Positions 18,291-28,527 are shown, counted from the stretch's first letter. The stretch is DNA of 56,348 bases from Candidatus Thorarchaeota archaeon (GCA_020348985.1 CP070761.1:1-56348); one strand, 5' to 3'. A program made the numbers and translations. The notes: generated from the letters alone by a model not told the origin.

Positions 18291-19268
18291 ATGGTGAATA
18301 TCAGGCGGCTTCAACAAACAGGCGGCAAAAATGGAAGTTCCTTTCTAATTATATTGCCCAAGGACTGGGTAACAAGACAAGGTCTATCGAAAGGAGACCC
18401 AGTGGTGGTTGCTGAACGTGAGGATGGATGTCTGATTGTTGATCCAAGGTTGCCTCGGGCCGGGGAGACGAGAAGTACGAATATCCAGATAGAAGAGAAT
18501 TTGCGTTGGGCGATTACCAGCAAGTATCTTCTTGGTTTTGATGAGATTCGCATAATAAGCCGGGGTCCGATCACAAACAGTCAGAGAGATGAGCTGAAGA
18601 AGATAATCAAGAGGTTCGTGGCTTTGGAGGTAACAGACGAAGACGATCAACAGATTGTAATCCAGTGTCTTGTTGATCCATCAACACTTCCGGTTCACAA
18701 GGCAATGAGACGGATAAACTTGATTGCTACGCGGATGTTCAATGATGCGTTGCGTGCGTATTTCGAAGGCAACCAAGAAATAGCCTTAGACGTTATAGAG
18801 AGAGATGAAGAGGTCGACCGCCTATTCTTTCTAATAGTTCGAGAATTGAGATCGGCTATTCAGTATCCACGGGTGTCAGAGAGATTAGGAATTACTCCAG
18901 TGGAAGCTCTTGATTTCCGACTTGCAGCTCAGTACATAGAGAGAATTGCAGATCTAGCCGTTGATATTGCTGAGAAAGTTGATGATGCACTTGAGACAAA
19001 GCTCGTGAACAGAATCGACCCCCTGGTGTCGAAGGTACGTGACATGCTCGCAAAGTCGGTTACCAATCTCTTCAAATTCGATTCAGAGAAGGTTGCTCAG
19101 GTTATCGCAGGGGAGAAGGAACTGATAGATGATACTTTGAAGCTCAGGAACCAGCTCATCGCGAGCCCTAGTAAGAGTACTCGGACTCATCTTTATGTTG
19201 TTGATAGTCTTCTGAGAATTGGAGAAGCCGCAAAGGACATAGTTGATTTGGCATTGCCACAGAGTTAG
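18291..19268 (+). CDS. phoU: Phosphate uptake regulator (AbrB-type N-domain plus PhoU repeats)
   Basis: RRLQQTGG..SFLIILPKDWV (AbrB/SpoVT domain); DEEVDRL and ERIAD PhoU motifs. Confidence 0.88.
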   Translation: MVNIRRLQQTGGKNGSSFLIILPKDWVTRQGLSKGDPVVVAEREDGCLIVDPRLPRAGETRSTNIQIEENLRWAITSKYLLGFDEIRIISRGPITNSQRDELKKIIKRFVALEVTDEDDQQIVIQCLVDPSTLPVHKAMRRINLIATRMFNDALRAYFEGNQEIALDVIERDEEVDRLFFLIVRELRSAIQYPRVSERLGITPVEALDFRLAAQYIERIADLAVDIAEKVDDALETKLVNRIDPLVSKVRDMLAKSVTNLFKFDSEKVAQVIAGEKELIDDTLKLRNQLIASPSKSTRTHLYVVDSLLRIGEAAKDIVDLALPQS

Positions 19269-19280
19269 GAGGTTTGACTT

Positions 19281-20672
19281 CTGTCACACAAGTTGTTTGG
19301 AACCAGTGGTATCAGAGGAAGCATAGCTGAAAAGGTGACAACAGACTTGGCACTTGACCTTGGACGAGCACTAGGTACTACTCTCAATGGCAAAGGTTGT
19401 GTAGGAGTTGGTACTGACGCGAGAACTTCGCACAATATGCTAGAGAGCGCCTTCATTGCAGGAGTAGTCTCAACGGGGGTAGACGTCATCAACTTGCGAC
19501 ATGCACCAATGCCGGCAGTTGCGGCCCATAGTGCTATGCCAGGGGTATCTGCTTCAGTGATTATAACGGCCAGTCACAATCCTCCCGAAGACAATGGGTT
19601 CAAGTTCTTTAATGGAGGTCGGGAATTCATTCGCTCAGAAGAAGTACGCATTGAGGAGAGAGTGTTCGACAAGGAATTCAGTATTGCAAGTTGGAAAGAG
19701 ATAGGCACTGTCTCTAGCTGGAACATCAGAGAGTCTTACCTAAAACAGGTGAAGAACTTCGTAGTGAATCGAGGAACTAATGGAGCAGGAATGCGAGTGT
19801 TGCTGGATTTAGCAAATGGAGCGGCTACTGATTACACACCTCATCTGCTGCATGACATGGGGTTTGAAGTATCAACAATCAACTCGCATCCCGACGGATA
19901 CTTCCCGGGAAGACCTGCAGAACCCTCACCCCGGAACCTAGTTGATACGATGAAAATCGTTAGTGATTCGGATTTCTCTGTGGCACTTTGTCATGATGGC
20001 GATGGCGATCGCTTGGCAGTGATTGATGAAGAGGGGCGATTCATAGACCAGAATAGGGTCATAGCGTTATTTGCCAAGGATGAGGTGGAAAGAGCGGGAG
20101 AAGGGACAGTTGTAGTGTCAATCGACACTTCCAGTGTCATAGATGAAGTGGTTGCAACCGCAGGTGGCAGTGTGGTCCGGGCGCCTCTTGGATCTCTTCA
20201 AGAGCTTTTGGCTACTGATGAGTCTAATGCCATAGTCTTTGCTTCTGAGCCGTGGAAACCTATCTTCACGAAGCTGGGAGGCTGGATGGACGGTATTGCG
20301 GGCGCCGCACGGTTTGCCCAGATGACAAATGAGATTGGCTCAGGAAGCTGTAGTAAGCTGATGGCCTCGATCCCCGAGTATCCCATGCTTAGAGATCACA
20401 TTGTCTGTCCCGATGAATTGAAAACTTGCTTTATCACAACGATCAAGACCAAGCTTGTCGATGAGATTACCGGCATACGGAATGTAATTGATAGTGATGG
20501 AGTTAGAATCGAACGTGATGACGGGTCTTATGTACTGGTTAGGGTTTCTGGAACGGAACCAAAGGCCCGAGTGTATATTGGTGCAAGGAGCGAGAGTACG
20601 CTTCAGAATCTCGAATCTACTGCTAAGCGTCTTATGCAGGAAACACTCGAAGATTGTGAGAGTAGGAAGTAG
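19281..20672 (+). CDS. Phosphomannomutase/phosphoglucosamine mutase family protein
   Basis: LFGTSGIRG, TASHNP, DGDGDR and RVSGTEP. Probable CTG start at 19281 (track start TTG 19293). Confidence 0.92.
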   Translation: MSHKLFGTSGIRGSIAEKVTTDLALDLGRALGTTLNGKGCVGVGTDARTSHNMLESAFIAGVVSTGVDVINLRHAPMPAVAAHSAMPGVSASVIITASHNPPEDNGFKFFNGGREFIRSEEVRIEERVFDKEFSIASWKEIGTVSSWNIRESYLKQVKNFVVNRGTNGAGMRVLLDLANGAATDYTPHLLHDMGFEVSTINSHPDGYFPGRPAEPSPRNLVDTMKIVSDSDFSVALCHDGDGDRLAVIDEEGRFIDQNRVIALFAKDEVERAGEGTVVVSIDTSSVIDEVVATAGGSVVRAPLGSLQELLATDESNAIVFASEPWKPIFTKLGGWMDGIAGAARFAQMTNEIGSGSCSKLMASIPEYPMLRDHIVCPDELKTCFITTIKTKLVDEITGIRNVIDSDGVRIERDDGSYVLVRVSGTEPKARVYIGARSESTLQNLESTAKRLMQETLEDCESRK

Positions 20673-20736
20673 AGCTTTACGTAGTTAAGATTAAATCCGA
20701 AGCATTTCCGGTAGCTCCTGATATTCTCTGAACAGT

Positions 20737-20821
20737 GCCGGGGTATCCAAGCGGCTACGGAGACGGTCTCGAAAACCGTTGCCCTTGAGGCTCATGGGTT
20801 CGAGTCCCATCCCCGGCGCCA
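20737..20821 (+). tRNA. tRNA-Ser(CGA), CCA encoded
   Basis: Acceptor GCCGGGG/CCCCGGC; anticodon arm ACGGT-CTCGAAA-ACCGT; long variable arm; GGTTCGAGTCC T arm. Confidence 0.95.
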
Positions 20822-20898
20822 CAAATCTCTATGTCTCAATGGGTAAGAATGCAAATCTCGTCCTGGCTAGCTAGGCTAGCAGGTTAGACAACAAAGTA

Positions 20899-20986
20899 TG
20901 GTGCGGAGGACGAGATTCGAACTCGTGAACACCTACGTGATAGGGACCTAAACCCTACGCCTTTGACCTGGCTTGGCAACCTCCGC
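20899..20986 (-). tRNA. tRNA-Leu(TAG), CCA encoded
   Basis: Acceptor GCGGAGG/CCTCCGC; anticodon arm TAGGG-TTTAGGT-CCCTA; long variable arm; TTCGAAT T loop. Confidence 0.95.
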
Positions 20987-21102
20987 AATACTGAGGTGTC
21001 TGGAGCCTCTTGGTCCTTTAATCGTTTTGGCACATCAGCAAGAAACTGGGAGAATCAGGCGAATCAGCTTTTGAGTTCAATCCACGCATTTGAAAAAGAA
21101 GA

Positions 21103-21237
21103 CTACTCAGTGGATTCCCACGTGTGGCTGCAGCGAGGACAGCGGAATTTTCTATGATAGCTTCCACCCGCTGCCACTTCTTTCTTCACCATGGCGGCTT
21201 CATTGAATCCACATTTGGGACATGTCAAGGCTGTCAT
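21103..21237 (-). CDS. 44-aa stand-alone zinc-ribbon protein resembling the TFS C-terminal ribbon
   Basis: MTALTCPKCGFNEAAMVKKEVAAGGSYHRKFRCPRCSHTWESTE; ATG at 21237 preceded by GGAGTCGGTGAA. Confidence 0.75.
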   Translation of the reverse strand: MTALTCPKCGFNEAAMVKKEVAAGGSYHRKFRCPRCSHTWESTE

Positions 21238-21470
21238 TTCACCGACTCCACCTAGGCTGAGCAATTTAACATCATATCTAGTTTGTTGCGAGGAGCTGTC
21301 TGAGTTTCTACTCATTCGACGTGATATCTTCTTACAATGTCATGCTAACCCATGTCACAACGTTTTTATTCGACTCCTTTGACGTTCGCGCGGCCACACG
21401 ACTTAGGGTCACGGCCAAACATGATTCTCTGGGACTTCCAACTCGGTTCCAGTTTGAGTGTGATTTGAAT

Positions 21471-22124
21471 ATGTCCTCAAGGAGCAGACAAGCAGCAGCA
21501 AGGACAAGGGACAAGTGGAGAGAGAAGGTCTGGTATCAGATTCTTGCTCCGCATTACTTTGAAGAGAAGGCCATAGGTGATACTCCTGCAGGTGATCCGG
21601 AGCTGTTGATTGGAAGGACAGTCCAGCCCACACTCTACGATATTACTGGAGATTTTGATCAGATTCACGTGAAGCTCAGATTCAGGATACTGGAAGTCAC
21701 AGGTCAAGATGCCAAGACTGTCTTCCATGGTCATGAGTGGAGCTCAGATTACCTCAGAGGACTTGTCAGAAGAGGAACTTCGAGGATTGACTGGATTGGA
21801 CCGATTCTGACCAAAGATGATTATCTAATGCGAATTTCTGTAATTGTGTTCACGACAACGCGCTCTAAGACCAGCCAAGAACATGCTGTTAGGAAAGCTA
21901 TTGAGAGAGTTATTGTAGCACATGCAAAGAAACACACGTTCGATGAGCTTGTTCAGAAAGTTGTGCTTGGAGAGCTTGCGTCCGAGGTTAACGAGGAAGT
22001 CAAGAAGATCATTCCGATTAGAGAATGCGAGATTAGAAAGAGCAAGGTACTGAAAGGCCCTGAAGAGGTCAAGGCTAGAAGAGCAAGACTAAGAAGGGGC
22101 GGTCAGAAACAAGCTAAGGCCTGA
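21471..22124 (+). CDS. rps3ae: 30S ribosomal protein eS1 (S3Ae)
   Basis: DKWREKVWYQILAP, GRTV..TLYDITGD and YLRGLVRRGTSRID. Confidence 0.96.
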   Translation: MSSRSRQAAARTRDKWREKVWYQILAPHYFEEKAIGDTPAGDPELLIGRTVQPTLYDITGDFDQIHVKLRFRILEVTGQDAKTVFHGHEWSSDYLRGLVRRGTSRIDWIGPILTKDDYLMRISVIVFTTTRSKTSQEHAVRKAIERVIVAHAKKHTFDELVQKVVLGELASEVNEEVKKIIPIRECEIRKSKVLKGPEEVKARRARLRRGGQKQAKA

Positions 22125-22139
22125 TCTGTTCCTTCAATT

Positions 22140-22499
22140 CTATTCATTCTCTGACAATCCGTGAAGCCTCTCTATAGCCTGTAGCAGTAGGATCATGAGA
22201 TTCGCCAGCTTGGTCAGCTCTTCAACATTGTCTTCGCGTTCGATTACCTCATTCAGAAACTTCAGCTTGTTAAGTAGTGTTTCATGTAGCTTCGGGAGCA
22301 TAAGCTTGACTGCTTGTGCGTCGACCTCATCGTCTGACTTGACTATGACAATCCGTCGATCACAGGTGGCACAATAGATGTCTTCACCCACCTTCAAAAG
22401 AGGGGAACCACATTGAGGACACGCCTGTGCCAGAAGAGTTGCTCCTTGTCTTAGCAACTCAGCCATCTTCTTGACTGAAGCGTCTTCTCCGGTTGTCAT
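22140..22499 (-). CDS. UPF0148 / Sjogren autoantigen p27-like zinc-finger protein
   Basis: KKMAELLRQGATLLAQACPQCGSPL...YCATC. Confidence 0.88.
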   Translation of the reverse strand: MTTGEDASVKKMAELLRQGATLLAQACPQCGSPLLKVGEDIYCATCDRRIVIVKSDDEVDAQAVKLMLPKLHETLLNKLKFLNEVIEREDNVEELTKLANLMILLLQAIERLHGLSENE

Positions 22500-22683
22500 T
22501 ATCTATCAAAGAGATTTGCAGGGTTTTTTGTTATAAGCGATACTGGAACTTACTTTGTCTGTCAAACACATTGAGTTTAGAATTGCTGAGAGTCACGCCA
22601 AAACTTTGATATGCCAAATTCGAATCTCAGTCGAATGTTGTACACACTTCATCCGTGTGGAAAGACAATTTGAGGTGAGTCCT

Positions 22684-22947
22684 TTGGACCCCGAAACACA
22701 AAGAGCGATAGACCAGAGCAAACATTTGCTCAAACAGATTAGTGAAGATTCTTCTGTTCCCCGGAACATAAGACGCGCGGCCAACGAGGCCATTGCGGTG
22801 CTAGAAAACGACGGCGACTCTCCAGCAGTGAGAGCCCAGAACGCGATTTCTATAATCGACGAGCCGAGTCAGGATCCAAACTGTCCGAATCACGCAAGGA
22901 CGAAGATTTGGCATGTGTCAAGTCTTCTCGAGCCTATTCGTGATTGA
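22684..22947 (+). CDS. UPF0147 family protein
   Basis: DSSVPRNIRRAA and DPNCPNHARTKIW. TTG start at 22684 after GAGGTGA. Confidence 0.9.
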   Translation: MDPETQRAIDQSKHLLKQISEDSSVPRNIRRAANEAIAVLENDGDSPAVRAQNAISIIDEPSQDPNCPNHARTKIWHVSSLLEPIRD

Positions 22948-23029
22948 ATATCGGAGATTTGGCTGAGTTCGTCTGTTGTGGTCTTCACCATTAGGGTATG
23001 AAGGCCGGCGTTGATGTCCGGGCCAGTGT

Positions 23030-24517
23030 TTGGAAATGATTAAGGCAAGAATAAGAGGAATCTACTCTCAGTCGCTGACACAGATTCTATTACAGAATCA
23101 CTTTGAGATTGTGCAGCCTACTCAAGACGTAGCTAGAAGGTTCGGTCTTCCTTTTCACGGAGACATCCCAGATGTGGACATATGGGATAGAAGCGACCTG
23201 CAGGGGATTGTGGCAATCGCATACGAGTCTATCCTTAATAGGCTCAATGATGTCTTGCGACGTCGTTTGGGTTGGGTCATAACTCGTACTCCACGAGTTG
23301 CTAAGAGCTCAATCTACAAAGGACGGATACTCGGAACAGATGACAAGACTGGTCAAACAAGGGTTGACCTAGGTGAGATAACAGGTCTGCTTCCGGATAG
23401 GGGGTACAAACCTGGATCCTTTGCTATGGTCCAAGTCAGAGCACATGACTACGGTCGTAAGGCACCTATGCTTTCCTCGAGCATAACAATTCCAGGCAAA
23501 TCTGCAGTTCTGCTACCTGAACCGGTTGTGCGTCTCAGTACCAAAATCAAGAACCAAGAAACTCGGAAGAATCTCTTGAATTTGGGTCGACGAATACGTG
23601 ATGTTACAGACAAATGGGGAGTACTCTGGCGCACTGCTGCACGCAAGCTCACTGAAAAAGAGCTTCGTGATGAGGTTGATGATCTTCTCGATGTCGCTCA
23701 ACAAGTATACTCCAGATTCAATGGAATTGAGGACATAGAATTGCTGTTTGAGGGTACCAGTAATGCTGACATCGAGTTTCCTGCAGAGGTAAAGGAGGCA
23801 CTTGACAAAACACGAGGCAAAATTAGATCGACCATCGGCCGCCATCATTTCTACAAGAGTGCTGGGTATGCGTCGCTTGTTGATTTTGCAGAAATGGTCA
23901 TTGAAGAGAGAGCCAGCGAGAAAGATTACATTACATCCAAACTTGAGAAAGTAGTGAATCGGGACCTGCCGAAGCTGAATGATCCGATTAACATTGAGCA
24001 TGTAAAGCTTGACGGAGCTCTTGTTATGCTTGGCAGAGGTAGAGTTGTTGAGGCCGATTCACAGGGGTTCGTGATTAGAAGACAGTTCAGATATACTGCT
24101 AGAAAGCTGAAGATGACTCGTGAGCTTCCGTCTGAAGTACAGGTGCCAAGTGACGAAGGAGATTACGCTCTGACACGTGTTGTCCCTGGTGCTCGTACAC
24201 TCACCACAGACTATTATTCACGGCAAGGTGAGCTGAAGGGAACATACATCAATGTGAATACAGGAGTTGAAGTCTATCCGACTAGCAACGGAAGTCCAAG
24301 CAAGATTCGATACATCGATCTAGAGATAGACATTGTTGCACCTGTTGAGGGTGAAACGAGAATCATTGACCAGCATCTGCTCAAGCGAGCAGTTCAAAGA
24401 GGTTTCATTACTTCAGAAATGGCGGATGAGATAAGGGATAATGCGAAATCCATTCTTAATGAACTCGTAGCGAAACGAGAGTCCGAAGAGGTCCTGAAAA
24501 GCACTGAATTGGTGTAG
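23030..24517 (+). CDS. RNA-binding protein/RNase FAU-1 (RNase E/G-like domain plus DUF402)
   Basis: ARIRGIYSQSLT, WGVLWRTAA, HHFYKS, GTYINVNTGVE and YIDLEIDIV. Confidence 0.88.
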   Translation: MEMIKARIRGIYSQSLTQILLQNHFEIVQPTQDVARRFGLPFHGDIPDVDIWDRSDLQGIVAIAYESILNRLNDVLRRRLGWVITRTPRVAKSSIYKGRILGTDDKTGQTRVDLGEITGLLPDRGYKPGSFAMVQVRAHDYGRKAPMLSSSITIPGKSAVLLPEPVVRLSTKIKNQETRKNLLNLGRRIRDVTDKWGVLWRTAARKLTEKELRDEVDDLLDVAQQVYSRFNGIEDIELLFEGTSNADIEFPAEVKEALDKTRGKIRSTIGRHHFYKSAGYASLVDFAEMVIEERASEKDYITSKLEKVVNRDLPKLNDPINIEHVKLDGALVMLGRGRVVEADSQGFVIRRQFRYTARKLKMTRELPSEVQVPSDEGDYALTRVVPGARTLTTDYYSRQGELKGTYINVNTGVEVYPTSNGSPSKIRYIDLEIDIVAPVEGETRIIDQHLLKRAVQRGFITSEMADEIRDNAKSILNELVAKRESEEVLKSTELV

Positions 24518-24539
24518 AGCGTGAATACTCTCGTCGGCT

Positions 24540-24782
24540 CTATTCAACCGTGAACGCTGTTCGAATAGATAGATCAGTAGCACTCATCAAGTCTTCAACT
24601 GTTGCTCTAAGACTATCTATACCTCTCTCGCAAAGAACGGTAATCACCAGATCCTTGTTGTTGGTTTTGGCCGAGATTTCAAGCCCTGATGGTACAGGGG
24701 TATTATCTGGAGAAATGGCTTTGTACGTTCTTTCGGCGCTCTTGGGGGAATCAAATGACAATCTAATAACTGCCGTCATCAT
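24540..24782 (-). CDS. pcc1: KEOPS subunit Pcc1
   Basis: AISPDN and SLRATVEDLM; conserved rps15-DHH-pcc1 gene order. Confidence 0.85.
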   Translation of the reverse strand: MMTAVIRLSFDSPKSAERTYKAISPDNTPVPSGLEISAKTNNKDLVITVLCERGIDSLRATVEDLMSATDLSIRTAFTVE

Positions 24783-26134
24783 CTCGCACTTTTCAACTCC
24801 AAGCTGTCAAGATAACTGAGAATCTTCTCATAGTCGTCTCTTGAGGTCCTTTCGACCTCAATGGAGTGAGAGGAAGTTGAAGCAACATTGAATCCAGCCT
24901 CAATGAACTTCATGACTACAGTCATAACATCAATCTGCTTTTGATTCCATGACACACTCACACAAGTATCACTGTGCAATACAAGATACTTGCCGGTGTC
25001 AGCAATACCAATCTCATAGGCAATCCGACTGATATCAGCGAGTACTTGATTTGCAATATCTTTGGTCAGTGGTGATTCGTGTGTTAGATAGAGGGTATTG
25101 TCTGACTCGACAATCTCGAGAATATCCTTCACTCTCTTCATCCCAGAGATTACGGCTTCGCAGTGCGTTTTGTGGTTGAGGACTAGGTCTTCCATCATTC
25201 GCGAGCGATCGCCAATCCAGACACCAGTTGAAAAGCCAAGCTCATGGCGCGCCCATGCCGTGTCTCCCAAAGAACGCATAGCACTTAGGAAACGCAAAGG
25301 GCTACTCTCACTTTCGTGTGGAAACACATAGTCTTCTCCAAAGGCACTGTGAATTGTTGGATTGTTGAATCTCAGATCATTCTGTACAAGTTGTTCATTG
25401 AGCCTTTTGCTTTCTTCTTTGCTCAGTTCGGTTAGAGAAGAACCACGTTTCGTAAGGGGAATATCAGCATCATCAAGAATCTTCTCGCACGACTGTGAGT
25501 TGCCGCTGATTCCCTGAAGGTATGGATGAATGCTGTATTGAAGGATTTCATTAAGTGGAAGGAAGCTTGCTCCAAAGAGCTTTGCACCCTTCCGTCCACT
25601 AAGAAGGCCCTTCTCTTCGGCAAGTTCAACGGTCTCTATGGATGCTTTGCTTCTGTGCTCCTTCGGATTATCTTCTATCAATACACCTGCGGCAGCCGTC
25701 TGTAGCTCTAAGTCATTTGCGCTCAAATGCTCTCTTGAGTATGTATAAGCTGATGGAGAAACCGAACTGAAATCTCCTATGCACGGGACATCAGAAGAGG
25801 ATGTAGTCTCACTACCTATGAGAAGTGGATGACCCCCTTTCTTGCTGAGTTTCTTTTTCCCATACACCAACGAACCGACAATGAACATTTGATGATTGGG
25901 GTATGTATTTCGTAGAGTCGCAATCGAAGATGTGTCCACCACCACGTCGCAAAATGATACATGATAGAGCTTCTGCACTCTTTGCAAAGAGCGACAGAGA
26001 ATGGCTGAGGCCAGGGTTGCCTCTGGCGAGGGGGAACTTAGAATGAGTGCACGTTCTTGTTCCTTGAGTGCGACTTCTTTGCACTGCTTCTTCAGAGTCC
26101 TCAAGCTTAGGCTTCGTCGAGACTTAGCACTCAT
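24779..26134 (-). CDS. Degenerate RecJ/DHH-family protein, GAN/Cdc45 orthologue (predicted nuclease-inactive)
   Basis: Syntenic between rps15 and pcc1; retains PL.E.L.YS..PYLQGISG; motif I reads SSPSPEATLASAIL instead of H.DADG..S..I; no DHH triad. Confidence 0.7.
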   Translation of the reverse strand: MSAKSRRSLSLRTLKKQCKEVALKEQERALILSSPSPEATLASAILCRSLQRVQKLYHVSFCDVVVDTSSIATLRNTYPNHQMFIVGSLVYGKKKLSKKGGHPLLIGSETTSSSDVPCIGDFSSVSPSAYTYSREHLSANDLELQTAAAGVLIEDNPKEHRSKASIETVELAEEKGLLSGRKGAKLFGASFLPLNEILQYSIHPYLQGISGNSQSCEKILDDADIPLTKRGSSLTELSKEESKRLNEQLVQNDLRFNNPTIHSAFGEDYVFPHESESSPLRFLSAMRSLGDTAWARHELGFSTGVWIGDRSRMMEDLVLNHKTHCEAVISGMKRVKDILEIVESDNTLYLTHESPLTKDIANQVLADISRIAYEIGIADTGKYLVLHSDTCVSVSWNQKQIDVMTVVMKFIEAGFNVASTSSHSIEVERTSRDDYEKILSYLDSLELKSAR

Positions 26135-26174
26135 AACGTATCTCTGATGTTGAAGCGATTGTGATAAAACTATC

Positions 26175-26636
26175 CTAGCGTAGAAGAACTGCGGCCCGTT
26201 CGGGTGTGTACTTCCAGTCGGCAGGCAGAACACGCTTGCGTTTGTAGTACTTCGATAGTCTGTGAATCTTGCTCTCTACCAACTGAAGACCTCGCTTCGA
26301 AACGAAGTCCTTCTTATTCTCTTCGAGATGTCGTCGAATTCTAGCAGCTCTTGCAATCATGTTTCGTAGATCCTCGGGAACCTGGCGTTCAAGCTCATTC
26401 TCTCGGAGGATATCCATGATGCGTTTTCCTGCGATTGTTCGTACTAGTGGAATCCCGTATTGGTCCCTTAGAATCATGCCTATCATTGAGGGGGTATTGC
26501 CAGCCTTTGCAAGCTCGATGACTTTCGTCTCCACCCAATCAGCATTCTTCTCCTTGTCAATCCACTCGGGTACTCTAAGTGTGGAGGGGCGTCTGCTTCC
26601 GGATTGGCCTTTCCTTCGAGTATGCATTCTTGCCAT
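26175..26636 (-). CDS. rps15: 30S ribosomal protein uS15 (S13e/S15)
   Basis: MARMHTRRKGQSGS, PSMIGMILRDQYGIP and ESKIHRLSKYYK. Confidence 0.97.
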   Translation of the reverse strand: MARMHTRRKGQSGSRRPSTLRVPEWIDKEKNADWVETKVIELAKAGNTPSMIGMILRDQYGIPLVRTIAGKRIMDILRENELERQVPEDLRNMIARAARIRRHLEENKKDFVSKRGLQLVESKIHRLSKYYKRKRVLPADWKYTPERAAVLLR

Positions 26637-26754
26637 CGAATTCCCTCTAGCTAGGTACTTCCCAAGAATTAGGGTGTGCCACCATGCCTCTGAGGTAGCG
26701 ATATAAACATTGTCGTGTAGCTGGCACTAGGCATGAGAAAGGACTACTCGAATC

Positions 26755-27399
26755 TCAGTGATATCGTCCACGTTCTCTGATTTCTTCCATTCTAGAGAGT
26801 ATGTGTTCGGCTTCATCTCCGATTGTCGAGACATATCCTTTCAATGTGGCCTCCAACATCGCTTCTTGTACATCCCAATGAGTTGTTTCAAGAACGCGTC
26901 TGACGAGATGAAGGTCTACACCTTTCATTTCGGCGGTTGCATTCCACTCTGCAAGTCCAAAATCTAGAACCCAAAGGTCATCGTGACTATCAACAATGAA
27001 GTTGCTTGTCGTTGGGTCTCCGTGAACAACGTTGCTGTTATGGAGCTTGGCGAGAGTTCTTCCGAAATCAAAGCAGAGACTGCGGAGTCTCTTGGATGAA
27101 ATCACAGGTACGAGCTGCTTTAGCTGTTCTCCCTTGATATAGTCCATCATGATTGTGTTCTCGGTCAAATCGACAGCATGAATGGTAGGCGTGGTGATTC
27201 CGTTGAGGCGTGCAAAGTTGAGCATTCTACATTCTCGAGTTGTTCTTGCTGTTCTCAGCTGCCTGTCGATTTCTGGGTGTAAGTAGGGTTTCTTGTGCCG
27301 CCACTTCAGGGCAAATTCCTTGCCCCATCGTTCGACCTTGTAGATTGTGGATTCAGCTCCAATGGATAGCTCAATTGGCCTCATGTCTATGCCCTCCAC
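26755..27399 (-). CDS. bud32: KEOPS kinase/ATPase Bud32
   Basis: GAES, HGDPTTSN, DFGLA and C-terminal RERGRY. Confidence 0.93.
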   Translation of the reverse strand: MEGIDMRPIELSIGAESTIYKVERWGKEFALKWRHKKPYLHPEIDRQLRTARTTRECRMLNFARLNGITTPTIHAVDLTENTIMMDYIKGEQLKQLVPVISSKRLRSLCFDFGRTLAKLHNSNVVHGDPTTSNFIVDSHDDLWVLDFGLAEWNATAEMKGVDLHLVRRVLETTHWDVQEAMLEATLKGYVSTIGDEAEHILSRMEEIRERGRYH

Positions 27400-28370
27400 G
27401 TAATATCTTGCTCATCAGTTCGCCACCGAGGTAGTACATGTGAATCAGCTATCTCTACGGAATCTCCTGATTGAAATTGCTGGATCCCAGTCCAAGCAAT
27501 CATTGCCCCTTGGTCTCCTGCTAGTTGCGGAGACACTCTATGAAACTCCACATTATGTCTTGAAGCTACACCTTCCAGAATCTCTGTGAGTCGGTTGTTG
27601 CGTGCAACTCCACCAGTAAGCAGCAATTCCTTCTTCTTCGTATGTGCAAGTGCCCGTTCGGATATCTCGGCAAGCATTCCGAATGCAGTTTCTTGGACAC
27701 TGAAGCACACTTCTTCAAGCGGAGCTCCGTCGGACCATAATCGTTGTGCTGCTGTAAGCATTCCAGAATAGGAGAGATCCATGCCTTTCACTGAATACGG
27801 GAGAAGTTGGAGTTTGCTGCCCGCTAGGGCCTCTTTTTCGACTAGTGGGCCCGCTGGAAATGGCATTCCAAGGCTTCTGCCCAGAACATCTAGCATGTTT
27901 CCTATTGCAATATCCATAGTCTCACCGAATGTCCTGAATCGTTTTCCTGCATACGCGATTATCTGAGTATTCCCACCTGACACGTAGACCGTCACGGGGT
28001 CATGGAAACCTGATTCAAGGCATCCAATCTCGATATGAGCGACACAATGATTGACACCAACTAGTGGGATGGACATTGTCAAGGCCAGTGTTCGAGCCAT
28101 TGTCGCAGTTGTACGCAGACATGGTCCGAGACCTGGTCCTCTTGAGAAAGCAATCAAGTCAATGTCACTAGGATCAATCTGGGCTGTAGAGATTGATTTG
28201 CCTATCAATTCGGGTCCGATTTCAGAATGGTAGCGACTTGCTTCTCTAGGATGGATACCACCTTCATGAGGAGAGAACATGCTGTATATGTTGGAGTGAA
28301 TGGTCCCGTCGTCTGAGACAATCGCGGCTCCAAATGAGTGAGCAGTTCCTTCAATGCCTAGACATGTCAA
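27387..28370 (-). CDS. kae1: tRNA t6A threonylcarbamoyltransferase Kae1
   Basis: LGIEGTAH, GPGLGPCL, HCVAHIE, VSGGNTQ and DQGAMIA. Confidence 0.95.
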   Translation of the reverse strand: MTCLGIEGTAHSFGAAIVSDDGTIHSNIYSMFSPHEGGIHPREASRYHSEIGPELIGKSISTAQIDPSDIDLIAFSRGPGLGPCLRTTATMARTLALTMSIPLVGVNHCVAHIEIGCLESGFHDPVTVYVSGGNTQIIAYAGKRFRTFGETMDIAIGNMLDVLGRSLGMPFPAGPLVEKEALAGSKLQLLPYSVKGMDLSYSGMLTAAQRLWSDGAPLEEVCFSVQETAFGMLAEISERALAHTKKKELLLTGGVARNNRLTEILEGVASRHNVEFHRVSPQLAGDQGAMIAWTGIQQFQSGDSVEIADSHVLPRWRTDEQDITWRA

Positions 28371-28527
28371 ATCCAATCCCGTCCAGCTCCATAATCGATT
28401 TCTGTTCATCATAGGTGTGGAGTGCAGCTTCCAATGGCTTTTCCGCTATTACCATGTGAGAACCCGCTGAGCCTTCAGCAAAGCCTTTATAATGCACTCT
28501 CTGGGCTTCTCCACTGAGGATGAGTAC

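Noticed and set aside
18896-18906. ORB-like TCCAGTGGAAG
   Set aside because: Single copy inside the phoU coding sequence (encodes T-P-V-E-A); probably chance.
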